The translations under genes and the position numbers were made by a program. Shown here piece after piece: positions 11,333 through 21,239 of a stretch of DNA of 64,000 nucleotides. The stretch comes from Gammaproteobacteria bacterium (GTDB lineage: Bacteria > Pseudomonadota > Gammaproteobacteria > Eutrophobiales > Eutrophobiaceae), in the NCBI GenBank assembly GCA_965221695.1, contig OZ244905.1, forward strand, positions 1,120,001 to 1,184,000, given 5' to 3'. Each line of letters begins with the position of its first letter. Positions within the stretch are counted from its first letter, which is position 1. The notes beneath the pieces were generated by a model. The model was not told the origin of the DNA. It saw nothing but the letters and a program-made list of their open reading frames with translations, and did no database searches.

Positions 11333-11467
11333 ACTATGCAAACAGGAATCCAGTGAAGAAAGATTCGCTCATTGAGCGACACCTGATTTGATTGGACTCC
11401 CGCTGTGGCGGGAGTGGTACGGGGCAATACTATGCTCAACAGGACTCTCACTTCTGCGGGAGTGGTT
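11333..11467 (+). repeat. REP/dRS3-like unit plus an extra right arm overlapping the coaX 3' end
   Basis: GGAATCCAGTGAA...TCGCTCATTGAGCGAC...TTGGACTCCCGCTGTGGCGGGAGTGGT (to 11418); second arm GGACTCTCACTTCTGCGGGAGTGGTT at 11442-11467. Confidence 0.7.
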
Positions 11468-12200
11468 GAGAAACCAGGGCCAAACCCTGCAGTACAAGAT
11501 GAGGGTCATGGACAGGATGGCCGGGCAGCAAGGGCAATAGTTGTTCCGCTTCTCCACCGGTAACAACGCTAAGCAATTCGACCTCCTGTTCTTCCCTGAT
11601 TTTCCCGGCGCAGCTTTCCACGAGGCCCACCAACGCAAAAGCAAAGCCGTTGCTGATGCAGGCTGTGGTGGTACGGCCGAATTCCAGTTGCAACGCCTGT
11701 TCGTGGCGCCCGCGGATACCGTGGGCTTCGCGCGTGAGCGTCTTTCTCATAAGCGACAAACCGGGCAGTATGAACCCGCCGGCATGTTGCCCGTCTCCCA
11801 GAATGACATCAACCGTGAGCGCGGTGCCGCAGTCTATGACACAAAGCGGTTTTCTGTGCTTGCTCCAGGCTGCCAGCATTGCCAGCCAGCGATCCACACC
11901 CATTGCCGTCACATCGTCATAGGCATTGCGTAATCCTGCGCGTGTTTTTTCGGTGACTGCCACCTGAGCTTGCAGCTTCCAGTGGGACCAGGCAAACTCA
12001 CAGACTTGCGCGGCGATACTGGCATCGGCCACACTGGCAAGATAGACTTGTTCCGGTGGCGCTAACTCCGGCCAGTGACGCTCAAGCAATTCAGGAAGCG
12101 TTTTCTGTGTGTAGCTAAACACATCATGGCCGAACAGCGCTTCATCATCGGCACAGGCCCATTTGACCCGGGTATTGCCGATATCTACGAGTAAATTCAA
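11448..12200 (-). CDS. coaX: type III pantothenate kinase
   Basis: LLVDIGNTRVKW, MGVDRW, IDCGTALTVD, GGFILPG, TGG; downstream of birA. Confidence 0.95.
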   Translation of the reverse strand: MNLLVDIGNTRVKWACADDEALFGHDVFSYTQKTLPELLERHWPELAPPEQVYLASVADASIAAQVCEFAWSHWKLQAQVAVTEKTRAGLRNAYDDVTAMGVDRWLAMLAAWSKHRKPLCVIDCGTALTVDVILGDGQHAGGFILPGLSLMRKTLTREAHGIRGRHEQALQLEFGRTTTACISNGFAFALVGLVESCAGKIREEQEVELLSVVTGGEAEQLLPLLPGHPVHDPHLVLQGLALVSQPLPQK

Positions 12201-13165
12201 TTTACTGCTCTGACAGAAACCTCGCCGCTGCTAAAGCGCCTGACATCGCCGTGAGCTGCCAGCAGCAGCAGGCCATTCTCATCCACCCCCTTGACATGCC
12301 CGCGTACAATTCGGCCTGGCAGGCGCAACTCGGCCTGCTTTCCTGATAGATAATCAAGTTTTTTCCATTTTGTTATGTATTCCCCGATATTGCCGGCGGC
12401 TACACGCGCCAACATCGAGAACTGTCCGGCGATGATCCTCCCGGCCAACCGGTTCCTTGACGGCAACCTGTTACAATGACTGTCAAGGTCTGTCACAGGC
12501 TGATCCAGCATGGATTTTGTCATTTCATCCAGACGCATGTTGAGACCTATGCCAATTGCCACATCACAAGAAGACGCGGTTTCGCTGCGCGCTTCCAGAA
12601 GGATCCCGCCCACTTTTTTGTCGGCGAGGATCAGGTCATTGGGCCATTTGAGAGAAATTCCGGACATGTTCAGCTCCGCCAACGCACGCGCAAGAGCAAC
12701 CCCCGAGGCCAGGGATAAGGCATTCAACGAGGCCGGCGCCATGTCGAAACGCCATCCCAAAGACAGGCACAGGCCACGCGCGCAAGGAGAAAGCCAGGTT
12801 CTGCCACGACGGCCTTTGCCTCCATGCTGATATTCGGCCAGGACAACACGCTTGTGCAGGCGAGGTTGTCCAAACAGCCTGGTAAGGCACATATTGGTTG
12901 ATTCAGTATCAAACAAGACATCCAGGCAGCTTGCGTCTGCAGATTGTCCCACTTCGTTGAGTATTTCATTGCGGTCCAACAGGTCAATCTCATCGCGTAG
13001 ACGGTAACCTTTTCCATGCCTGGCTTCTATCTCCAATCCATAACCACGGAGTTTTTTAATTTCTTTCCAGACAACGGTCCGGCTTACTCCAAGACGGGCT
13101 GCCAAGCCGCTGCCTGAATGGTATTCGTTATCCAACAGGCAACTTAACAGTTTTACCTTATCCAC
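12197..13165 (-). CDS. birA: biotin-[acetyl-CoA carboxylase] ligase/repressor
   Basis: N-terminal HTH (HSGSGLAARLGVSRTVVWK), GKGRRGR.W, LKWPNDL, KKVGGILLE; GTG start at 13165. Confidence 0.94.
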   Translation of the reverse strand: MDKVKLLSCLLDNEYHSGSGLAARLGVSRTVVWKEIKKLRGYGLEIEARHGKGYRLRDEIDLLDRNEILNEVGQSADASCLDVLFDTESTNMCLTRLFGQPRLHKRVVLAEYQHGGKGRRGRTWLSPCARGLCLSLGWRFDMAPASLNALSLASGVALARALAELNMSGISLKWPNDLILADKKVGGILLEARSETASSCDVAIGIGLNMRLDEMTKSMLDQPVTDLDSHCNRLPSRNRLAGRIIAGQFSMLARVAAGNIGEYITKWKKLDYLSGKQAELRLPGRIVRGHVKGVDENGLLLLAAHGDVRRFSSGEVSVRAVN

Positions 13166-14003
13166 CGGCTGCGGAGCCTTTCGCCACTGGCCGCGCCGGG
13201 TCCGAACACCACTCACTCCATGAACCGGCGTATAACCTGGGCAGCGAGTAACCGGCATGGACTGCCGCCAGCAGGTTATGGCATGCAGTCACGCCGGAAC
13301 CACAATAAAACGCGGTGTCTTGCGGTTTTGTGCCGGCAAATACGTCATGCAAGGCCAGCTTGAGCCGCTCCGGAGACAAAAACTTTCCCTGTTCGTCCAG
13401 GTTGTCTTGCCAGTGGCGATTGATCGCTCCGGGAATATGCCCGCCGACCCGGTCAATCGGTTCCCGGTCGCCACGGTATCTTGCCGGTTCGCGTGAATCA
13501 ACCAAGCGGGGAATGTTTGCCACTTCGTCCAACTTCACCAGGCGTCTTGAGTCGAGCGCGGCGTTGAAACTACCGGCAACGACTTCCGGCCTGTTCTTAT
13601 CGAGCTGATAACCGGCTTGCAGCCAAGCATCCTGGCCTCCATCCAGGAGCGCGACAGAATCATGACCTGCATAGCGCAATAACCACCACAGGCGCGCGGC
13701 GAATGCGCCACCCGACAAATCATAAGCCACCACCTGACTATGATTAGTTATGCCCAATGCAGAGAAATTTTCTTCCAGTTCCTGCGCTGATGGCGCCGGA
13801 TGCCTGCCGGAATCCGTGAGGGGCCGACGCGCGCTGAGTTCCTTGTGCAACCTGGCGTAGACGGCGCCGGGAATATGTCCTGACAGATAGGATTGATAAC
13901 CCGCATTCATGTTCATCAGGTCGTAGCGGCAGTCCACCACTACCCAGTTCGGGTCGGACAGATGTTTGTTCAGTGTCTGGGCATCAACTAACGTGTTGTA
14001 CAT
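13158..14003 (-). CDS. sseA: tandem-rhodanese sulfurtransferase (SseA/MST family)
   Basis: GHIPGA twice, AARLWW, catalytic CGSGVTAC and YAGSWSEW. Confidence 0.88.
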   Translation of the reverse strand: MYNTLVDAQTLNKHLSDPNWVVVDCRYDLMNMNAGYQSYLSGHIPGAVYARLHKELSARRPLTDSGRHPAPSAQELEENFSALGITNHSQVVAYDLSGGAFAARLWWLLRYAGHDSVALLDGGQDAWLQAGYQLDKNRPEVVAGSFNAALDSRRLVKLDEVANIPRLVDSREPARYRGDREPIDRVGGHIPGAINRHWQDNLDEQGKFLSPERLKLALHDVFAGTKPQDTAFYCGSGVTACHNLLAAVHAGYSLPRLYAGSWSEWCSDPARPVAKGSAAGG

Positions 14004-14113
14004 GGCATTTCCTTCCTTTATACAAGTTCAAAGACGACCACTACATCTCGTTGATTTTGAGGGCGTATCTCTGTACCGTAGCATTCTCTAACTCAAAGGT
14101 TACTGGATTATTA

Positions 14114-14857
14114 ATGTATCATAACACTACTGTCAGGAAGCTGCAGGGTTGCAACTCACTCCTCACGGCGGCGATATTTCTGGTCTTCCTTTCATTGTCG
14201 GACACGAGCTTCAGCGCCGGGGATTTTGCGCCGTCCGCCGCCCGGACCGGCGGCGACGGCTTCACGCGCCAAACACAGGCGATGGATGAACAGATCAGGC
14301 TCAGACGCGGGGTGTTCCTGATCGCTAAAAAATCCATGCCCGATCCTAATTTTGCTCAGACTGTGGTGCTGATTACGGAATATGGAGACACCGGAACTAT
14401 TGGTCTGACGCTCAATCGCCCGCTTGATAAACCAGCGCAGGACGTCGTTCCTGAATTAAAACAACTGGTTGCGGAACCATTCAATCTTTATCAGGGCGGT
14501 CCAGTCAGGTTGAACAGTCTGCGTCTGTTGGCGCAAACGGAGACGGCGCTCAACGATTACCATGCCGTTGTCGGGAATGTCTTTCAAATTGTCGACCTGA
14601 AAGGTGTGCAAAACCTGATACAGCGCGAACTGGGACAGTTTCGCCTGCGTCTGTATGCAGGATATGCCGGTTGGTCTCCGGGACAGCTTGAGCGGGAACT
14701 GCTGCGCGGCGACTGGCGCTTATCCAGAGCAGATCCGGACCTGATATTCACGGATGACCCCGCCTCACTGTGGGAAAAACTGATGGACCGGATAGACATG
14801 CAATGGGTGAGACGGGAAAAGACGGATGCCTCATATTTATATCAAAACAAGCTATAA
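14114..14857 (+). CDS. YqgE/AlgH family protein with hydrophobic N-terminal extension
   Basis: DPNFAQTVVLI, GLTLNRP, GGPV, GYAGWSPGQLEREL. Confidence 0.85.
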   Translation: MYHNTTVRKLQGCNSLLTAAIFLVFLSLSDTSFSAGDFAPSAARTGGDGFTRQTQAMDEQIRLRRGVFLIAKKSMPDPNFAQTVVLITEYGDTGTIGLTLNRPLDKPAQDVVPELKQLVAEPFNLYQGGPVRLNSLRLLAQTETALNDYHAVVGNVFQIVDLKGVQNLIQRELGQFRLRLYAGYAGWSPGQLERELLRGDWRLSRADPDLIFTDDPASLWEKLMDRIDMQWVRREKTDASYLYQNKL

Positions 14858-14969
14858 ATAGCATTACTTATTATAGATTGGAATAAGTAGCGTTGCTACA
14901 ATAGCGACCTTTCATCGAACGGGTCAAACCGTCCGTTGCGTTTGTTCAACTCTACTGGAAAACAGAATC

Positions 14970-16707
<1,738 letters not shown>

Positions 16708-16806
16708 TTATTACGTTTAGTTCTAAAAATAGAGAAAATTATCACTTTTAAGGATAGATGTTAAGCTTTAAAGTAACGCGCTTCGTATAACCAGAACAGC
16801 TTCATC

Positions 16807-17592
16807 GTGGACTTTGGATTTACCTTTGCCGGCTTCGTCGTCGGCTTTATTATCGGACTGACCGGCGTCGGAGGCGGCTCTTTGATGACGCCTGTCCTCG
16901 TTCTCATTTTCAGTATCAAACCGGCTGTGGCGGTTGGAACTGACTTATTTTATGCCGCCATCACCAAGAGCGGTGGGATTATTGCCCATCATAAGCGACA
17001 GACGATTGACTGGCGGGTTGTCAGGCTGCTGTCTACGGGTAGCATACCGGCTACCTTGCTTGCGGTTTTTACACTAAAACAACTGGCTGACAGGGGTATC
17101 AACTACGAACCCATCATTACCTCCATGCTCAGCCTGGCCCTGATTTTGACGTCAATGGTTATTTTGTTCAAAAGCCAGTTGCAGTCTTTGGGCAGAACAG
17201 AACCGTTCCAGTTCATACAGATCATCCACAGCAGGTTATGCGCGCCGATGACCATTGTTGCCGGTTTTGTGATCGGTATCCTGGTGACTTTCTCGTCGGT
17301 TGGAGCTGGCGCACTCGGCGCAGCGCTGCTATTTTTTCTCTATCCCCGGTTCAATACCATAAGAATTGTTGGGACCGACCTCGCTCACGCGGTGCCCATT
17401 ACTGCAATAGCGGGCCTGGGCCATTGGAGCCTGGGTTCGGTAGACTTTCAATTGCTGCTTAGCCTGATTATCGGTTCGCTGCCCGGTATCTACCTGGGCA
17501 GCCACGCCGGCGTGCAGTTGCCGGATAAATTCATGCGCATGCTGCTTGCGCTGATGTTGATGCTGATCGGCGCGCGCCTGGCCACATTGTAA
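16807..17592 (+). CDS. sulfite exporter TauE/SafE family membrane protein
   Basis: GLTGVGGGSLMTP, AVGTDL, SVGAGALG, VGTDLAHAVP; divergent from cysB. Confidence 0.9.
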   Translation: MDFGFTFAGFVVGFIIGLTGVGGGSLMTPVLVLIFSIKPAVAVGTDLFYAAITKSGGIIAHHKRQTIDWRVVRLLSTGSIPATLLAVFTLKQLADRGINYEPIITSMLSLALILTSMVILFKSQLQSLGRTEPFQFIQIIHSRLCAPMTIVAGFVIGILVTFSSVGAGALGAALLFFLYPRFNTIRIVGTDLAHAVPITAIAGLGHWSLGSVDFQLLLSLIIGSLPGIYLGSHAGVQLPDKFMRMLLALMLMLIGARLATL

Positions 17593-17599
17593 AAAAACA

Positions 17600-17938
17600 A
17601 CTCCGTGACAATGGGAAACCAGTGAGACAACAAGTCGCCTCCCGTTTCCACGGGGGCTGACTCTGCGAGTGACACTGTATTTAAGGAACCTCTGATTAAG
17701 TCAGAGGTTCCTACGATACAAGGATGTATCGTCACAAATCCGCCTGGAGCGGATTTGGACATCCGAAGGATGCCCGAAGGGTGTGCGCCATGGAAGGTGC
17801 ACATCAATATCAATGACTGTAAGGCATTGATATTGTGAGGAAAACAAAAATCGCATTTTTGCTTTCCGTACTCTGTCAAGTCCAGGATGGACTTGTTCAG
17901 AGTTTCCTTAACTGGACTCCCTCTTTTGAGGGAGTTGT
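17600..17938 (+). repeat. REP/dRS3-like unit interrupted by a MITE
   Basis: Left arm GGGAAACCAGTGAGACAA...GTCGC..GTGACAC, then TTAA [MITE] TTAA, then CTGGACTCCCTCTTTTGAGGGAGTTGT. Confidence 0.75.
17685..17907 (-). mobile_element. IS5-like MITE, longest copy (223 bp) with GGA-loop hairpins
   Basis: Ends GGAACCTCTGATTAAGT ... ACTTGTTCAGAGTTTCC; exact TTAA target duplication (17681-17684, 17908-17911). Confidence 0.9.
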
Positions 17939-18013
17939 GCCGTGGCAGAGCGTCACGGCGGTTGACTGGGGGTTACATGCCGCCTGGTTGAGCAGCGCGC
18001 GAAGCATACGGGT

Positions 18014-18241
18014 TCAATTCAATTGGGTTTTGCGGTACTGATTGATTATTGCCGCCATCTGGTCTTTGATATGCAGTTTTTCTTTTTTCAGGTTGTCCAG
18101 TGTGTAACCGTCCAGGGGGGCTACTCCGGAATTGGCCTCCTTGACTTTCTCCTTCAACTCGCCATGTCTTGAATGTAACCGTTTAAAATTTTCATTTTCG
18201 CTCAATAATGTATCGACAATCTCCTGCTCATATTCAAACAT
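18014..18241 (-). CDS. YdcH/DUF465 family small coiled-coil protein
   Basis: MFEYEQ...FKRL..RH.EL...LKKEKLHIKDQM; AGGAG ribosome-binding site before ATG 18241. Confidence 0.8.
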   Translation of the reverse strand: MFEYEQEIVDTLLSENENFKRLHSRHGELKEKVKEANSGVAPLDGYTLDNLKKEKLHIKDQMAAIINQYRKTQLN

Positions 18242-18337
18242 AGAGTCCTCCTTCAGGCCAGGTTGTAAAAATAGGAAATGTATGTTTAAAGTTAGTTCAA
18301 TTTTTCCCTGACTACAAGTAAAATATTTTATAAATTT

Positions 18338-18416
18338 TCTGAACCAGTCCATCCTGGACTTGCCAGAGCAAACGCAGCCCTGTACCGTTAGAACCTCTGA
18401 CTTAATATGAGGTTCC
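18338..18416 (+). mobile_element. degenerate IS5-like MITE
   Basis: TCTGAACCAGTCCATCCTGGACTTGCCAGAG...GAACCTCTGACTTAATATGAGGTTCC followed by TTAA. Confidence 0.7.
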
Positions 18417-18438
18417 TTAACATCATCTGAGGTGTAGT

Positions 18439-19395
18439 ATGGCGCCGTTATTCAACAGAGTTTCATCCAGCGAAATTGTCACCGTTGTTGTCGTGTTATT
18501 TACATTGCTCGGCTCATGTTACGCTGCCGAAAAGAAGCGGGAAAATTTCAACCTGACCGAAATCAGTGATGGGGTTTATGTCCACCAAGGAAAACACGTA
18601 AACCTGGATCACCCGGACCACGATGATATCGCCAATATCGGCTTTATCATCGGCGACAACTGTATTGCCGTCATTGACACGGGCGGTTCCGTGGCTATCG
18701 GTCTTGCGCTGAAAAATGCCATCAAGAGCCAATCTTCCCTGCCGGTATGTTATGTGATCAATACCCATATTCACTTTGACCATGTGCTGGGTAATCTTGC
18801 GTTCAAAGAGTATGAGCCCAAGTTTGTCGGGCATGAGAACCTGCCCCCGGAGATTGAGCAGAACCGTTCCTTCTTCCTGTCTGAATTTGCCGGCAACCTG
18901 GGAGAAAACCCGTCGGAAGCCGCGATTATCGGCCCTGATATCACGGTTGCCGATGAGCTGGAGCTTGATCTTGGCAACCGGGTCATCACACTCAGCGCGC
19001 ATCCGCCGTCCCACACCTACACCGACCTCACAATTTATGATCACAAAACCGGGACACTCTGGCTGTCCGACCTGCTTTTTCTAGACAGGATACCGGTCTT
19101 CGACGCCAGTCTGAGGGGATGGTTGATGACCATGGAAACACTGAAAACGCGGCAGGCAAATTACGTTATACCCGGACATGGCACAATCACCATGTCCTGG
19201 CCGGATGCTGCGAACGCACAGGACAATTACCTTACTATGCTGTTAAACGAGACCAGGAAGGAAATCAGCAAGGGGACATTCATGGAGGAGGTAATTGAGA
19301 TCGTCGGTAAAACAGAGAAAACCGAATGGTTGCTGCACGAACAGAACCATGGGCGCAACGTCTCCCGGGCTTTTCTGGAACTGGAATGGGAGTAG
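18439..19395 (+). CDS. exported MBL-fold metallohydrolase (quinoprotein relay system/SoxH-like)
   Basis: Signal-like N-terminus, DIANIGFIIG..CIAVIDTGGS, THIHFDHVLGN, IPGHG and C-terminal ELEWE. Confidence 0.8.
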   Translation: MAPLFNRVSSSEIVTVVVVLFTLLGSCYAAEKKRENFNLTEISDGVYVHQGKHVNLDHPDHDDIANIGFIIGDNCIAVIDTGGSVAIGLALKNAIKSQSSLPVCYVINTHIHFDHVLGNLAFKEYEPKFVGHENLPPEIEQNRSFFLSEFAGNLGENPSEAAIIGPDITVADELELDLGNRVITLSAHPPSHTYTDLTIYDHKTGTLWLSDLLFLDRIPVFDASLRGWLMTMETLKTRQANYVIPGHGTITMSWPDAANAQDNYLTMLLNETRKEISKGTFMEEVIEIVGKTEKTEWLLHEQNHGRNVSRAFLELEWE

Positions 19396-19406
19396 AGGGT
19401 AGGCCT

Positions 19407-21068
19407 CTACATATTTGGATAATTCGGCCCGCCGCCGCCTTCCGGCGGCACCCAGACGATATTCCCGGTGGGGTCCTTGATATCACAGGTTTTACAATGT
19501 ACGCAGTTCTGGGCGTTGATCTGCAGTCTCGACTGGTCATTTTCAGTGACTATCTCGTATACGCCAGCAGGACAATAGCGTTGTTCCGGCGCCGCATACA
19601 GGGTTAAATTCGTATCAATCGGCACGGACTCGTCTTTCAGGGTCAGGTGGCAAGGCTGGTCTTCTTCGTGGTTGGTGTTGGAGATGAATACCGAAGAAAG
19701 TTTGTCAAAACTTAAGCTGCCGTCCGGTTTCGGGTAGTGAATTTCGCTGCACTCAGCAGCCGGCTTGAGGCATTCGTTATCCGCCAGCCTGTCATGCAGG
19801 GTAAGCGGCAGTCTTCCGGAAAAAACGGATTGATCGACAAGATTGAATGCAGCGCCCAGGTACATACCGAACTTGTGCAGGGCTGCGCCGAAGTTCCGGG
19901 AACGATACAGATCGTTGCAGGCCCAGGACGCGCGAAAGTTCTCAGCGTATGCAAGCAGGTCCTCTCCTGCCCCGGCGCCTGTTTCCAATGCCTGCAGCAG
20001 GGTTTCCGCAGCGACCATGCCGGATTTCATCGCGGTGTGCGTCCCCTTTATCTTTGCAAAATTCAACGTGCCTGCATCACACCCGACCAGCAGCGCGCCG
20101 GGCATGGACATTTTCGGCAGTGAATTCAATCCGCCTTTGGTGATGGAACGGGCGCCATAGGCCAGGCGGCGTCCTCCGGAAAGCGTGCCGGCGATTACCG
20201 GATGGTGCTTGAACCGCTGAAATTCATCGAACGGACTGATGTAGGGATTGGTATAATTCAGGTCGATGATCAGTCCCACCACTACCTGGTTCTGATCCAG
20301 GTGATACAGGAAAAAACCGCCGGACGCTTCTTTGCTCAATGGCCAGCCTGAGCCATGCACGACCAGGCCGGACTGGAAATTTCCCGGTTCCACTTCCCAC
20401 AACTCCTTTATACCCAGACCGTAATGCTGCGGATCACATCCCTCGTCGAGTTTATACTTTTCAATAAGTTGCCGCCCCAGGTGTCCCCGACTGCCCTCGG
20501 CAAACACCGTGTAACGCGCATGCAGTTCCATGCCGGGTTCATAGGTATCCTTGCGCTCGCCGGCTGAGGATATGCCCATGTCACCCGTCGCCACACCCGT
20601 GATGCGCCCTTCCGCATCGTACAGGACTTCGGTCGCGGCAAAACCGGGATATATCTCTACCCCCAGGGCCTCCGCCTGTTCAGCCAGCCAGCGGCATACA
20701 TTCCCGAGACTGACAATGTAGTTGCCGCGGTTGTGCATACTGGCGGGCACAAACGCATTGGGAACCCTGAGCGCTGACTTGGCGCCCATAAGAAAGTACA
20801 TGCGATCCTTATTAACCGGTGTGGTCAGCGGCGCGCCCCGTTGCTTCCAGTCGGGGATCAGTTCATCCAGGGCGCGCGTTTCAAGTACGGCGCCGGAAAG
20901 AATATGCGCGCCTGTTTCCGATCCTTTTTCCAGCACACACACGCTGACTTCCCTATCCGACTGCTGCGACAGTGTTTTGAGATGAATGGCTGTTGCGAGT
21001 CCCGCCGGGCCTGCGCCGACGATAACTACATCATACTCCATGCACTCGCGGGAAACGGTATCAGACAT
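19407..21068 (-). CDS. electron transfer flavoprotein-ubiquinone oxidoreductase
   Basis: VGAGPAGL, GAHILSGA, KIKGTHTAMKSG, NCVHCKTCDIKDP, GGGGPNYPNM. Confidence 0.96.
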   Translation of the reverse strand: MSDTVSRECMEYDVVIVGAGPAGLATAIHLKTLSQQSDREVSVCVLEKGSETGAHILSGAVLETRALDELIPDWKQRGAPLTTPVNKDRMYFLMGAKSALRVPNAFVPASMHNRGNYIVSLGNVCRWLAEQAEALGVEIYPGFAATEVLYDAEGRITGVATGDMGISSAGERKDTYEPGMELHARYTVFAEGSRGHLGRQLIEKYKLDEGCDPQHYGLGIKELWEVEPGNFQSGLVVHGSGWPLSKEASGGFFLYHLDQNQVVVGLIIDLNYTNPYISPFDEFQRFKHHPVIAGTLSGGRRLAYGARSITKGGLNSLPKMSMPGALLVGCDAGTLNFAKIKGTHTAMKSGMVAAETLLQALETGAGAGEDLLAYAENFRASWACNDLYRSRNFGAALHKFGMYLGAAFNLVDQSVFSGRLPLTLHDRLADNECLKPAAECSEIHYPKPDGSLSFDKLSSVFISNTNHEEDQPCHLTLKDESVPIDTNLTLYAAPEQRYCPAGVYEIVTENDQSRLQINAQNCVHCKTCDIKDPTGNIVWVPPEGGGGPNYPNM

Positions 21069-21114
21069 TGATTGTTTGCTGTGTAAATTGTACTAACTGA
21101 CTTGCGGCGGCTTC

Positions 21115-21206
21115 CATGCCCGCGTAAACGGGAAGCCAATGAGACAAAGAGTCGCCGTGCGGGCGACGCTGTAATTGACTGGACTCCCGCTTCCGCAGGA
21201 GTGGTT
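21115..21206 (+). repeat. REP/dRS3-like unit
   Basis: CATGCCCGCGTAAACGGGAAGCCAATGAGACAAAGAGTCGCCGTGCGGGCGAC...TTGACTGGACTCCCGCTTCCGCAGGAGTGGTT. Confidence 0.75.
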
Positions 21207-21239
21207 CGGAGCAGCGCCCTTTGTGACTTAGATAGATAA

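Noticed and set aside
17490-18041. ORFs 17490-17879 and 17835-18041, also 5208-5722, 11011-11451 and 21061-21243
   Set aside because: They are translations of the repeat elements (LDSRFRG/WIPAFAG-type artefacts) and have no transposase features.
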